Below are positions 1-13,874 of a stretch of 64,000 nucleotides of DNA, piece by piece. Origin of the DNA: Haplodiscus bocki (taxonomy: Eukaryota). Every line of letters begins with the position of its first letter. Within the stretch, counting starts at the first letter, position 1. The notes below the pieces were generated by a model, which had not been told where the DNA came from, made no database searches, and saw only the letters and a list, made by a program, of their open reading frames with translations. The DNA lies in assembly GCA_965655095.1 (NCBI GenBank), contig OZ296652.1:73408001-73472000 (forward strand). The letters run 5' to 3'. Both the position numbers and the translations under genes were made by a program.

Positions 1-472
1 ACGAAAGTTTCTTGGAATTTTAACCAGTTGACAATGGTATTTGTTTGAAACTTTTCGATCTTTATTATAGAAGTTGGGAGATTCTGTATTTTTATGTATG
101 AAGATAGGAGTTTGATTTTGCATCACAACTGTCGATGTTTTAAATACCTGCTCCGTTTTTGTTTACATTTATATAGTGTCAACTTGCCCCTCATCCACTT
201 ATTACGCTCACAAGTTGGCAGCTCCCCATTATTTGATAGTGTAAACACCCGGGAGCTTCCAACTTGTGAGTTTAATCAGTAGATGAGGGGCAAGTTGACA
301 CTATATAAAATGTAAACAAAAGCGGAAAAGGTATTAAAACATCGAATGTTGTGATGCAAATGTAAACTCTTCATACATAAAGATACAGAATTTCCTTACT
401 TCTATAATAAAGATCGTAGAAGTTTCAATTAAATACTCTTGTAAACTAGATAAAATTCTAAGAAACTTTCGT
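1..472. repeat. Long imperfect inverted repeat (foldback/MITE-like), probably extending beyond the left window edge
   Basis: 1-226 is the reverse complement of 251-472 (acgaaagtttct at 1 / agaaactttcgt at 461-472; tatagtgtcaacttgcccctcatc / gatgaggggcaagttgacactata; gctccc / gggagc), with a ~24-nt loop at 227-250. Confidence 0.85.
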
Positions 473-3400
473 TCCTACCATATATTGTGATTCTCAGTCG
501 TTTTTGAGTATTACGCAAGTATTTGTAGCGTTCCAGTATTTTGTATCAAATGAAGGTTCCTTTCCTTGCTGACCCTACTGTCTGTAGTCATCTCGTAAAC
601 GGTCAAAAGGGTCTCTTATCGGCAGGTACTAATTCGTTTGGGCGTTGTTTACTTTAAAAACTTTTTAAACGTTGGGCAGGAAATGGGCGTAACCTGAAAA
701 AATATGATTGACATATCAATTTTTCGAACACAGGACCTTGTGGCAGGTATTTGTCTCAATTTGACTTTTTCGAACAAAGTTTTGATTGACAGCTAGTTTA
801 TTATTGCTAAAAGTGTCAATCATACCTCTGATCATAATTTCTGATGTCTTTGAGATCCGCGATCTCAGCTGACCAGTCAGAATGTGTTGCGAAGTCCGCT
901 GCGCCTCCTTTGTTAAGGTTTGAAGAACTCGGCGGATATTGGTGCATTTGGATATTTTGTCAATAGGTTTTGTGTCATGCTTCAAAGCATTTGCAAAAGC
1001 GTTGTTCACGTTGAGGTATGAATGGCTAATGCACTTCAATTTATTTACAGTACAGTGTGTTTCAGGCGTCTTCAGTTTCGATTTCCCCGTCTTATCCTCT
1101 CTTCAAAAATTTCAAGAATTTGTCAAGAAGATTTCTTGTTAATTCGTCAGAAACTTTATAATTTTTCTGAACTTCAATATGATTAAGTTAAATATAAATA
1201 TCTACTTTATGCGTTAGCTATTTGATTTTACTGTTTTTTTTCTGTTGAATTGAGTTTTTTCCTTTACCTCTAGTTTTTTTAATCTTCAAACTAATTTTAG
1301 CTCATATCTCCTATGACATATCTAATTGCGGAAATCCTGTTGGTCAGATGGTATCAAAACAATTGATGAATCGGCTGTGGCAGTTTAAGTAAAATTCACA
1401 ATCAGTCCTCAAACCCGGATTGACCTCCATAAAAAACACTGAACTCATACCGGCCATTTATTGTGGTTTATGAAAACATGAAGGTCATACACGGTACCAT
1501 AAAGACAAATGGATGTCATGAGATTCATAAAGAAGCCATAGAATGGTGCAGTTTATGATTTGCATGGCTTCATACAACCACTTTATGACTCCACTGATAG
1601 CAATGTTTCCTGCAACTTTTGGTGTTTTTAGGACATTGGAAAAATTTAATTTCACGAATTACTTACGGTGTTACTCGTTTTAGAACTTCCGAAAACTTTT
1701 ATTTTACGAAATATTTATAGTGTTACACTGCTTTTCTAGGTGTGTGAAGCGAAGCCTAATAAGACGATTCATGAGGAATTGGGAATCGCGCAGAGTTTTT
1801 TATATCCCATTCTAAATTTGTGACGTTATACCCCAGAGCTCATTGATCGTATCGTTCTAGCTTTTTGAAAACTGAACGGCGAGGTCCTAATTGACCATTT
1901 CACCAATTTTTGGCGTCCCAATTTTTTCGCTTAGAAATTATTGGTAAAAACAGCTTGAAAATGTTGAAAATTATGGGGGGCGAATCGTTAATTTTAGTTA
2001 CCATCAGTACCATTTGCATAGGATGGGTGTCCCTATTATTTGTTACCTAATGGGCCATTGAACTCGTTTTGTGTTAGTATTGGTGGCCAAGCTTGTAGTT
2101 GACTATGCCCGAAATTTTCCGCTGCCGAAATTGTTTTGCCGCCAAAAAACATCCCAAAAAGAAAAAAGTTTGTATTTTCGGAGGGCAGGTGTTGCTTTCG
2201 CTATTTTCAACGCTCATTTTGCCTGGGTGGGCTATCAATGCCATGTAATTAACAAATCCACTAGAATTGGTTGTTCTGATATTTTCTTGAATTTTTCGGC
2301 GGATTCATGGCGGATAACGGTGCGAAAAAGTCGAAAAATTCACGTCTTCTTGCGACTGCATCAGTTTTAAGGCCACCAAGATTCAAGTTCGGTTTTTCCG
2401 ATCCATTTTTAGGTGGTAGGAGACACGTATGTGAACGGGACAATGTTGAAGTTTTTGAGATTATCTTTCGACAATATTTGGCCGAAAATTTCGGCAAAAT
2501 GGATCTTTTTTTTTTGAAAATTCGGTACTTTTCTTGGAAAGTGTAGCCTTTTTTGAAATGTGAAGACTATGCGAGGGGACTCCTGTATGAGAAGGACCAG
2601 GAATAAGATATACTTGACAATATCGGGTGTATGGTACCCACTGATGTTCTTGTTTGAGGAGATTTACAGAAAACACTCCAAAAATTCATTTACTGCGTCA
2701 TTTGTAAATTTTAAACGCTGATTGCTAATGCGTCTATACGGTTCAATGGCATATTTGCGGCAATTGCCATCTGACTGCTTGGGTGCAGAAACTTTTTGAG
2801 TGGCTACTGAAGATGGTAAGCAACGGTTTCTATTGAAGAAGTTGCCATTCAGTTTTCTCGATGTATCTTCATCTTCGATCCGCAGTTGAAAACCTAGGAT
2901 TCAGCCAACTTGCAGTCGAGCCACTATCAGGTGTCGTGTTGATTAAACGAGTAGCTTCCGATTTTCGGGAGCCTCGCTAAAGAGACTCTGTTCCTATGTT
3001 TTTGTTAGTTTTAGCGTTTTTTCGTGCGACATTTTGCGACCTCTTCCGAATTAATTTGGGCCGCTATCTGGAAAACTTATTTTTTTTTGAAACTATCAAA
3101 GGTGCGTAGAAGTTAGGGAAGGACCATAGAAGTTTCGACCAACATTGCCGATAAGTGCGCGCAGATGAAAAAATGTAATTTGTTTGGAATCTCTCCGTGT
3201 TGGGAAGGCCCTGCATTTAGGACTTCGGAATGTTTCATTTGTGCAAAGTAGATATAGTGTTACTTAGCTTTTGTGTTACTTTTTTCACGCTGTGTCACAC
3301 GTACTTTTTGATCTCGTGCAAAATGGGAATTCTGTGCGCCATATGAAAAATTGTAACTTTTTGTCAGAATTCAGCAAAGCTGCGTATGAGTACAGGAGGG

Positions 3401-3729
3401 ACCAATTGGATCTTCATACTGGCAGTGAGAGCGCTCAAATAGCAAAAATGTTGAGCTTTTCCGAAGTCCTCTCGGTTTAGTGAGGTTATTTGTTCTAGGA
3501 CTTTGGAATTTTTTTGAGTTTCTGTTTCTAGAAGAGATTGTTCAAACATAGATTTAAATGCATGTTTTCTATTTTTGTCAGTCTCGCATATAATTTGTCG
3601 TTTAAAGTTATAACTGAATTCTTTCTATCTGATGCTTATCCAAAGCTTTTAGATTGTAGATATTTGTAAATGTACTGCTTCGAGATGTAGTGTTTTTGTT
3701 TTCTATAAATGGTTGTCCTAACAGTGGTG

Positions 3730-4100
3730 CGAATGCATATGATGCCCATTTCAGTCATTTTTCCCAAGCCGTTTTTCCTTGACCATCTTCTTTTTGAGTT
3801 TTTCCTTCATCGACAGTTTTATAAATTTGTACTGATATCAAGTGTTGGAGTTTTTTTCGATTTTTTCCCTAATTTGATGGTCTAAATTCTGCCACAATTG
3901 ACTGATGCCAATTTTGGTCAAATTTGCAAAGGTTTTTTTCCATTAAAGTAGCTGTTCAATGTTCTCAATTGATTATAAATGCATATGATGTCAGTTTTCA
4001 ATCTAATTCGTCTCCTAAACTACCACTTCATATATTTATTTTACACGGCTTCATCGACAGCTTCTCCTATGCAAATTCATTTAAATTGAACAGTTCTCCG
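3730..4100. repeat. Degenerate tandem repeat, ~250-bp unit; related units in the GOSR2 intron (~54550-54750)
   Basis: aatgcatatgatg...ttcatcgacag occurs at ~3732 and ~3978; gaatgcatatgatg...ttcattgacag recurs at ~54550. Confidence 0.5.
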
Positions 4101-4544
4101 AGGTTTTCATTGTGGTCGAAAGTTTTCCAGAAATGCATTTGATACCAATTCGTCAAATTTTCAAATACTTTCATTCTCAATAGCGCCTAGTCTACAGCTG
4201 TTTCAGATGTTGGTTTTTTTGAACTGAAGCAGTTTTTCGAGTTGTTGTTTCAATTTTCATGAATGATGGTCCAATGAATGCTACTCTTGCATTTGGTGTC
4301 AGTGTTAGTCGAAAATTATACGAATTCCTTGTCCAATTTAGCCCACTCTTTCTTTACGGCGGAATGGACATCTTTTTGATGTAAGATGCTAAAGCTGAAG
4401 CAATTTTTTGGCTTTCCTTCTTTATATTGATAATTTTGGTTACATTTTCGCAGTTAACTGTTATCACAGGCTTCTGCGTTTGTTTTTTTTCCTATCCGTT
4501 CACAAGCCGCACAATTTCCTAAATTTGGCGAATGAGAGGAGGGA

Positions 4545-4610
4545 CTGTCCCAGGCTGGAACATGGGACCTTTCGCGCCGCAGTCCCGTGCTCGACTTACT
4601 GTGCCATCGT
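4545..4610 (-). mobile_element. tRNA-like SINE head (degenerate)
   Basis: Reverse complement reads gatggcacagtaagtcgagca...gaaaggtcccatgttccagcctggg, with A-box-like and B-box-like motifs at tRNA spacing; no clean cloverleaf. Confidence 0.3.
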
Positions 4611-5639
4611 CACAAGAATCAGTTTTTTATTCACAATATCAAGCTATTGAAATATTATAGCGTTTCTGGATAAGTTTAGAAGGGTTAACTGAGTTGTTTT
4701 CACTCGTTATCAGAAGTATTCGCAGTTTCGCGGCCTTTTTAAAGGCATTTTACTTAGCCGAATTGTTAATTGTTTTTCCGTTGGCTCAAGTGTTGCGAAG
4801 CACAGCTCGATGCACAAATATTGCTAAACCTGTATATGATTTCGACTTCAGCCATTTTCCAAATTAGTTTTTTCTGAGAAGACTCCTCTCATTTGTTTTC
4901 TTTCATGGCTAAGCCGGTGGCTTTCGGTATGTTTTTTTTGGTAGCACTAAATAGAGATTCCGTTCAGTTTCGAAGAATTACAGCTGAAATTTTTCATATT
5001 TAGATTGCTTTAACTTCATAATTTTCTCCGCTCCAATAACATGGGAACTCGTTTTCTGCCGATGTTCCCATTCCTTCTCTTCAACGAGGCACTGTAATCT
5101 TTCCATCTACGGCTCAATCGAAAACTTGTAGATTGAATTTATCGGGACAGGTTTGAAGTTTTGTTTGGAGCAGGTTTTGAAATTTTGTTCTGTTTCCAAT
5201 CAACGGCATTATCGGGACTTCTCCGTTAGCCGGTGTACTGCTAGCTTTTTTGCAAATATTGATTTTTATTTCAAGAATTTATGGCCGAGAAATTTTTCAG
5301 GCTTATGTTGTCGAATATCCTCAACTTTCAAATTGTTTTGCTCATCTACCCACCCAATTTTTTTCATTTGGGGCTCTCTCAGAACGATTTTATGTGTGGA
5401 TTGATTTAATCAAAACCCACTTGTTTTTTGGTTTAAGAATAACCTTTTCAATTTGATATCAAACAATTGTTGGAACCTATTGTCAAACCATCAGTTGTCC
5501 AGTAAAAAGTTACTTCGGTCTTATGAAAAGCATTTTTGCCTGGAACGGTTTTACTCGTTTTTTGTTTGACGGTTGCTTGTACGAAGTTTTGCTTTTCTTC
5601 CGAAACGCCGATCTTCGTGCGACGTTAGAACTTTTGAAA

Positions 5640-6350
5640 ACTTTAAAACGGAGGGTACAGGGGGACCGTCATAGTAGCGGTGAAAGCGCAAAATTTTTGC
5701 CTCCGTGTCAATATACTCATTGTGGAGAAAACTTTGGATTTTTGTTCGTTCTCTTTGTGGGTAAGAGTTGTAAGGTAATGGAAGGAACATGTGCAACAGC
5801 ATAGAATCGGTTCACTGGGCAGATTGAAAAAACAGAAGTGTCTCATAGTTCTCGGAAGATGTTCATTCTATGGAACACTAGTAACGGAAGTTACCAGTGA
5901 AGTTCAATTAATCAAGTTTTCAATCGCTATCCGGGTTTTGTATCGAGAAAGGGCCTGGCGTTTCCCAAGCTTTTCGAACGAAAGGAATTTTTTTTGAATG
6001 TTGTGACTTCGCTCCAACTTTGATACAAGGGGCGTGGACGGCGGAGTTAAATGGGCTATCGTTTTCAATTTTTGTACAGGGTGTTGGCTGGAAAAAACCG
6101 TGGGCTTCCCAAGGCAGTGATAATGAAGTGAAAGGCAGACGTTTTGAAAGCATCAAGGTTATTTCAGCTTGGGTACAAAGTTTAGAGAGGAGACGGAAAG
6201 TAGTGGAATTAAACAAATTGGAGATTCTTCTTTTTTGGTATAAGGCTTAGGGAGTATAGTGAAACGAGTAGGAAGTGCAGGTGATGTTGAAGTTTTCAAA
6301 TGTTTTCAACTCCAATCGGGTTTAGAATTAGTGCAAGGGTGTGGGTATAG
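5640..6350. repeat. Dispersed diverged repeat, related to ~15200-15770 and partly to ~3375-3460
   Basis: Shared blocks: atccggg...aagggcctggc (5929 / 15512); gttgaagt...caaa...tttcaa.tccaat (6286 / 15705); gctgcgta.gagtacag...gtgagag (3379 / 15208). Confidence 0.5.
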
Positions 6351-6851
6351 CTCAAACTATGTAGGCTCTCGCATATCTACGGGTCTCCCAGTGCAGGTCA
6401 GCACCTGCCGCGGGCTGACGAGAACCAGCAACCCCCTTTTTGAAGTGTGACTTTCATGCTTCTATCTGAGCGTCTCAATCATCTGCGTTTGTGAGGTATG
6501 ACAGTCCTATTTTTCTTTTTCGGAAGGAACAATTTTTTTGAATTGAGCCCCCAAGAAGAGGCCTACAGGAATGAAATTCAAACATTGCGGTTAAAACGGA
6601 CTGCATCAATCCCCATGTTGTGGTGCAGTTTAGTAAAGGAGTCAATAAAACAGATGATGTTTTTAAAGCTCGACTTGAAAGTCAGCGGTGATGTAGTTGT
6701 TTTCCCAAACTTTCTTAGTCTCCCAGTGACCTTTTGTTTGAGGCTCCGACTAATAAACTTATGGTGATCGTTCACACCAAACGCTTTACGAATCTTAAGG
6801 CTGACTTTCCTTCTCGTTGCGTTTTTGAGCGGCACTGTGCAAGGCAATATT

Positions 6852-8143
6852 AGCATATAAGAACGGACACTTTTCGCCAATTTTTCATGAGTTTTTCTGA
6901 CAGAATATTGATTCTCGATAAACGATCAGTTAGTGTTAAATCTAACAGGGCAAATGTGTGCGCATCAGATGATCCCGTATCCCGTCCTCTCCCAGACTCT
7001 CGTTTATATTCAACGTTTAGTTTCTTTATGTTTCATCTTACTTCTTTTTTTATCTGTTTTGATTACCTCCTTGTTGAAAATACTGGTAATAGGTTTACCC
7101 TTTCCTGGTTGTGGGAACGCACGTAGTCTCAAAATCTTGGAACATATTCGAATTGGTACTAGGGTTAGGGAGCGAGGGCTAAGCAGTAGAAGTGGACAGC
7201 AGAGAAAACTCCGCTTTTTATCTTGAAATTAAAAGAGTATACAGAAAAGCAAGCTGTTTGAAATTATAGCATGTTTTTTAAGAACTACTAAATCTTTCTC
7301 CTTTTTCCGAGATATTGAATTTTCAATCTGTACAAGGCGATTTAATGATGTGTCAAAGTTTTCGGTTTCGGAGTGGCTTATCACGCTTAACGAATAAAGC
7401 AGGCATGATCATCATGAGGCGATAACCGAAAACATAATTGCTGAGTTGAATCTCACGTTTTTTTGGATCGCTATTTTCACTTGCTTGTTTCTTTTCTTTG
7501 TTAATGACGTCTGAAAAATTGTATTTGCTCCGGAAAGGCCGAGACATTGTTTTATGCCTCCATTATCGCAGGGATTTTTCCTCTGATTTTAAAGTACTAT
7601 CCAGAAACTGAGGTTACCAGTTTTCTTCGCGACTTGAACAGAGAACGCCAGGTTATCAAAAATTCTAGCTGTCTCAAGCTAGAATTGAGGTTCTACAGTC
7701 ACTTCTGGAGACTACCATGATTCTGCTGAATTTAGGGGAGAGTTTTGTGAACTTTCAAACGATGGAGAGAAATAATTATGCATGTATTCTTCCTGAGTTT
7801 TATTCAGGGCCTTTGCATGATACCGAAATGGCACTAAGAAGTGAGCACCTCGTCATTTAGAAGTTCTGACATTCCATAAGTGACTGGAACTAAGATGGTC
7901 ATGCTCGAGAGAAAATTTGTCTGACATTCGTTCGAATCAGCCCTGACTACAGTAACTGCTTTTCAGGTTTTTCATGGCTCAGTTGAAGGAACTCAGAGCT
8001 TTCGTTGTTGGGTGGACTGGTGCTTGTGGTGAAGCGCTTGTCAAAGAACTTGCGGCGCGCGATGTATTCAAAGAAGTGCTTCTGCTCGGCCGTCGCAAAG
8101 TGGAATTCCCTGCTGACGATGCGCGTTCAAAATTCAAACAGGT
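6852..8143 (+). repeat. 1292-bp near-identical direct duplication, copy 1 (upstream region plus exon 1 of HTATIP2-a)
   Basis: Matches 20474-21765 at a constant offset of 13622; about three substitutions seen by eye. Confidence 0.97.
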
Positions 8144-11100
8144 GGGCGTTTGCATGTTTGAATTGTAAGCATACGTGAGAATTAAAAGATCTAACTGAGA
8201 AGTTCGGCTTTTTGGGGATGAAACGGAAGCTTATGCTTTTCGCTCTTTTATTGCAGTGACTGTTATGAGCACATTTTGTTACGGTTTGATTATAGAAGTG
8301 AACTACAATCTCAGCATGGCTGCGAAATTTTCCGTCGACTGTGGGTAAGCAATTTCTCTGAAATGGAATGGCTGAATCAAAAACATAGGCACCCTAGTGT
8401 GCGAAGGGGCAGCTCTTGGCACAATAAGTACAGTAAAAGTACACGAACGAGCAACCAAATGGAAATGTATTATGGACGGCTTTCATTTACAAATCGCATA
8501 GTTTTCAAGTGCTCATTCGCGCTTGCTTATCTGGAAAACGTACGGAATTGCTGATGTGAACAATGATCGTCACTAGCCATTCGTAATATATTTGAATGGG
8601 AACAGTAGATTTGCTAATCTGGCGCAAAAATCGTCATACTACCGCTGAAATCGAAGCCGATTTTCAAAGTTACTCTTCAACCCTGGCCCACCGGCGAAGT
8701 CTCGGAATGCCGAAATTATCAATCGTTTTTTTTCAGATAATTATTCTGGAAAGTAAATTGAATTCATTGAGAATGTAAACAACTTGGTTTCAAGTCGAAA
8801 TTTTCTAAACATCAAGTTTTGTCTTACTTTTGTGGTAATGAATTTTTTTCTGCCGTGTCGCGTTTTTACTCAAGACATTGGTCAGATTGAGTTCAGCTAT
8901 TCCTAGTCTGGATCACAATAATTTTTTCGTTAGAGCGAAGCCCTCTGGAGCCGCAGCGAGAAGCTGTTTCTTACACTTGTTGCGAAAAACTTCTAGTTGG
9001 AAAATCAAACTTGTTTTTTTTTCTGCTTTCGTCGTTCCTTGAAAGTGTTCTTCTGATTGAGTATTTGTCGGATTTTGTCCCGGTTGCCCTTTTTCAACTG
9101 TTGGCATCCTGGATGATCCGGACTTTACCGAGGATTATTTTTTTACTTTTGTTGCTATTTATCGTGATATTTTTTGAAAATGAGTATTCTCAATTTGCAT
9201 TTCGTCAAGTCAGGTTGTCTTGAAAAGTTGTCGAATTAACTTCGCCCATCGATAACCAGGAGGCTGATAAATTGCGAGGATCTTTTTAGTTGCAGGGTTG
9301 GTCTGTCTTTTTTATCCGGAGACTTATCAATTTGTAGCCGACAAAAATTGTTACCTTGGCGACTAGTGGTGGCAACCAACTCTGTTTCAACTACCTGCTC
9401 ACTGGAGCTTCTTTATGATAGCTTTTTTGCGATTTTTTTTCAAAATTTCTTGACTGTTAAATGGAAAGTCAAACAAGAGGGCCAGGCAAACTGCGATTTT
9501 TTCCTTCAAGGGGTTTTACAAATGATTAGTTGAACATATTTGTGGTTGTCCATTGAGTCCTTGTCGGACGAATTCAAGCCTAGATTTTTCTTTTTGATTC
9601 TTCATTTAGTAGTTTCCTGTTATGAATACTTTATGATGAAAGTTTTTTACATGTGCGCTAGCAATTTTATACCGCAGAAGAGCTTCAAAAGATTATCACT
9701 TCAAATATCGACAAAATAACAAAAACAGTTGCTTTTTTGACATGATAACTCTGTTGATTGTGCAAAAATTAAAGAACTTCAAATCGAAGACCCATCTACA
9801 GATGAAAAACTACTACTTAATACCTTGATGAAACAAGTGACGCCATTAGTTGTCGAGAAATGAGAATTTGAATACAATGTTATGTCAAAAGTCCTATCAT
9901 TTTTGGCATCTTCGGACTATCAGAATTTCTATGCAAATGTCAAGATCCATCATTTTTCTTTTCAATTGTCTTCCTCAAGTGAAGAGGTGTTGCCTGAGTC
10001 GAGTCCTTGATGGTCCTTGATGAAACTATTCAAGCTTGAATTAGTGCGGGAAAATGAGTTCGGAAACCTAGATATAATTATTTTTTTGCTAATATTTTGG
10101 TATTTTCGGCCGGTCAGGAATTGGAAACCTATCGAAAAATTTCTGACTCCAACTAAAACATAGTGTCTGATACACTAGAGTGTCCTTTTTTTGTTACGTT
10201 TTTTGACTTGTAGTTTTTGTATAAATAGTTCATCATTAACTGTATTACAATTGCATGAGCAGTGTTATGTTGCAGAAGAGCTTTGGAAAACTATGAGTTT
10301 GAATGTCGATAAAATAGCCATATGAATTGAACTTTCCGTCATTGAGCAAAGCATTGAAATTTTGTTCATGAGATATCTGAAAAAATGTTATGTTTTTTCA
10401 CCTTTTTGGTCTATCAACATTCGGAGCCAAAGATGATTTTTCGTCATTTTCCTCGAGAATAATATTCCTTAAGTAATGAGGTGCTGTTTGAGCCTTTGAT
10501 GGAAGAATTTTAGCTCGTAGTTATAGAGGAAACTGATTTCGAAAACCTAGAAGTAATTAACATTTTCGGCTTTTTCTGCTGGTCAGGAATCGGCAAAGAA
10601 GAAACATACGCACTAAATTCTCAGTGCTGGGCTCCTGGTAGCAGGTTCCCAAAAAATTAATGAAAAAGTGCCATCTCTTTTTTTGGTGAAACGTGGATGC
10701 TTCACGGATTGACATAAATCTACGCTTTTCGAAACTATGCAAATTGGATCGATTTTGATGTTTCTCGGAGTAAACTTATCAAAATAAATCATAGTGCAGT
10801 TGAAACGTAGTGTGTGATACACTGGAACGTCTTTGTTTTTGCACAGCCAAATTGGCGTTTTTTCCAGTCCTCGATCCAAGGATATTGGAATACAGATTCT
10901 CAAAACTTTCGAACGGCCAATAAGGTCCGATTTGGAATTTTTTTCGAAAAGAATGTTTTGAAAAACATCCGGACCCAAGTATAAGGGGCCAAAATTTGAA
11001 GCCTCCTTGTTGCTTTAATCCCTATTTCTCGTAGTTTTAAAAGTTAGCTGAACCAAAATGATGAAAATTGCTAAAAATAAATAGCTCGATTACCACGTTC

Positions 11101-13874
11101 TTTCGCCAAAAAAATCTATCGAAAACATTTCTTACCTCAACCAGAAATTATAAGATGAAAGACTGAAGTGTTATTGTTATGCCAATGGAGGTTCTGGGCA
11201 CTTTACAGGCTGATCTTTTGGGACATAGAGTTACAATTGACGAAAAAGTATTAACATGGCTGGATTCTCAAGTTTCTTTCGCTGAAAAGCTTGTCGGAAA
11301 ATTATGTAATCTGTGGCAGCAGCCAAACCGTAGCAGACAATACACTGACATATTACAATATCCCTGTGGAAAAAATGGGTTTGTTCTGGAATTGCTTCCC
11401 GTTGATAAGACGGAAAATATATAAAAAAAACTTTCATTTTTTTAAGCAGAAAAAACTTAACGGAAAAGATTGAGACTGAAACGAAAACTACCATCTGGTG
11501 AATTGGAGTCTTTGCTTGCAGCTAAATTGATACAAAGTTCGAGTGAAATGAAGTTTTAGGTGCCAAAACTTCGAAATGAATCATTTTTTGTCGGAAAACC
11601 AAATTTGGTTCGATTTTCAAGATTCTTTAGCATAAAAGCCCAACGAAAATTTTTTCTCAACAGCCGAACATTAGTAGGTTGAAATTTTGACTTTTTCCTA
11701 CATCATGGCCAGCTAAAGGTTTTTTTAGATTGCGTTCCAATACAGAGGACTTACATTTGACGGAATTTGTTGAATGTGATAGCAAGAAAACTTTGTCACC
11801 GCAATTAAAAGTAAGTATATGATTGAGTTTTCCGGTGAAGGTGTTCAAAATTAAATTAATTCGAAAAACTAGCTGCCGAAAGAAGTTATGAATGTCCCAA
11901 GAATGTTCGAAATACCGAAAAACCTGGTTTTTCGAATTTTTTTTTGCAGAAAACAGATCAATAAATTGTCGGACCGCTGCCAAATATTAGTTTGTGATAG
12001 AACATTCTCCCCTTCAAACTTGTACCTAATTGAAGCATTTTGGGTTCTTGAGGGGTTCAATGAACGGCCTTTAAAATGACGAATTCGGTCAATTTGGCTA
12101 AAATTAACTCGGTTTTTATTGCAAAGAAACATATCGACAACACGTCGGACCGCAACCAAAGAATGTCGGTTTTTCGGGAAAGTTTCGGCAGGGTTTTCTA
12201 GCATGCATTTTTTTTGTCCGGAAAGTCACTTTGGAACGAAAGTTTCTTTTTCAAAAAAAGGAAGTTTAGTTTTTTAATTCTTTCTGACCTTAACCCAAAA
12301 AATTTTTCGGATTCAGCAAAAAATTTTTTGACTCAAGCGAAAGTTTTTGGTTGGGGTTGTCAAAACTGCATTCTACGACTTAACAGGAAGCTTTTGACAT
12401 GTAAAAAGACTTGAACTTGTCTACTCCGAGTTGGCAACTTCTGAAAAAAATTCTACGTACTGAAAGAATGATTTTCTTTCCGCAATATATTACGACGGAA
12501 AACAACAGGTTTTGTTCTTTTCGTCTGCCGACTGCTTTCGTTGGATTGCGCACTATCAGCGCTACTGTCCATACTAGTGGAATACCAGCTAACTTTAGTC
12601 CCTGTTGAATTCCAGAGTTTGCCTAATTGTCGAGGAGAGTGCGAAAAGCTTTTCAAAATATTTGAAATTGTAAAAAGACGTCTAAACATGGTTTCCCTGC
12701 GCAGCAACTTGAATGTTTTTCTCTAGACAACTTGTAATTAGACTGCCTGCATTCCGCATTTCTTCTTTTAATCTGAGCTTACAAGTTTAGCATAGGGGGA
12801 GGGTTGATATTTTTCAAATACTTGTTGCGATAATTATAAAAGTTTAACTACAAAATGAAGGTTTTTTTCGTAATGGTTTGTCATCAAAATTTGTTTCACA
12901 AGAATTTATTGATTGAGTTGAGTCAAATCACTGCTTTTTTTAACGCTCTCTCATTCATTACCTGCTACTTTCTGAGCAGTGGAGTAGCAGGAAGTGGCTG
13001 TTTTTTACCTTTGTTTGCGGAATATTTTCACCCGTAATTCGAGAATCCAAAATTCGAGTGTGAGTTTTTCGTGATGGTTTCTTTGAAAAATATGTCATTG
13101 AAGACTACTTGTTCGACGCAATGGGATTTTTTGATCAATTCGACCAATTCATCTTTTTTTTCGGCGCAAATCCGTGTTATATGTTCGCTCTTTCCAGTTT
13201 TTCACTATTCCCAATTCTTTGCGCTGCTTACATTGCATCGTGGATGCCAATGTTTCAGTATGCTATTTTTTTGGAGCTTAATGAACAGCATGGTTACTTC
13301 TTATATTTTGAAAAATGAAAGATCAAATAAATCAGATCGTTTATGATTTTAGGAAATAGTTGATTTTGAAGACTTGTCGAAATCCAAGGAACTGTTTGCA
13401 GGATGTGATGTTGGATATTGTGCAATTGGTTGCTCGGTGAATGAAAGTGAGAAAGATCTCTATCTGAAAGTTGATTATGAATACACTATGAGTGTTGCGA
13501 AATTTGCGAAGGAAGAAGGATGTAAGCAGTACCTTTTGATATCTGCAATGGGTGCCTCTACTAGTAACATTTTTTACCTGAAAATCAAAGGAAAGGTAGA
13601 CGCTGAAGTGGCACATCTTGGATTCGATCAATGTTTCATTTACCGGCCTGGTTTGATTCTGCGTGGGGATAGAAGCCGAGTTGTGGAAAAAGTTTATGGG
13701 TGCTTCATAAAACCGGTAACTGTTTTCAAGCCTGAATGGGGACAAGTTTCAGTTGAAGTACTGACGAAATCTATTTTGAAAAAAACTGAATTCTTTGGCA
13801 CTGAGTTGAGCGATAAAGTGACTGTCCTCGAAAATGCAGATATCCATAAAGTGTCCAAGGAACTCACAGCTTAA
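7974..13874 (+). CDS. HTATIP2: Oxidoreductase HTATIP2/TIP30-like SDR protein, paralogue a; exons 7974-8141 and 13353-13874, 229 aa
   Basis: Rossmann GxxGxxG (VVGWTGACG), LLGRRK, VDFEDL, KVDYEY, SDR YxxxK (YLKIK), IYRPGLIL, LENADIH. Phase-0 intron CAG|GTGGGC ... ttttag|GAA keeps frame. Confidence 0.92.
9580..10600. repeat. Diverged tandem duplication (~500-600 bp period) in the HTATIP2-a intron
   Basis: gcagaagagctt...tcga.aaaata at ~9673 and ~10272; aaacctaga...ggtcaggaat at ~10064 and ~10543. Confidence 0.45.

Noticed and set aside
7160-7170. Telomere-like tagggttaggg
   Set aside because: Under two units; expected by chance.
6887-7547. ORFs repeated almost identically at 20509-21169
   Set aside because: They are by-products of the 1.29-kb duplication; no recognisable protein motifs.
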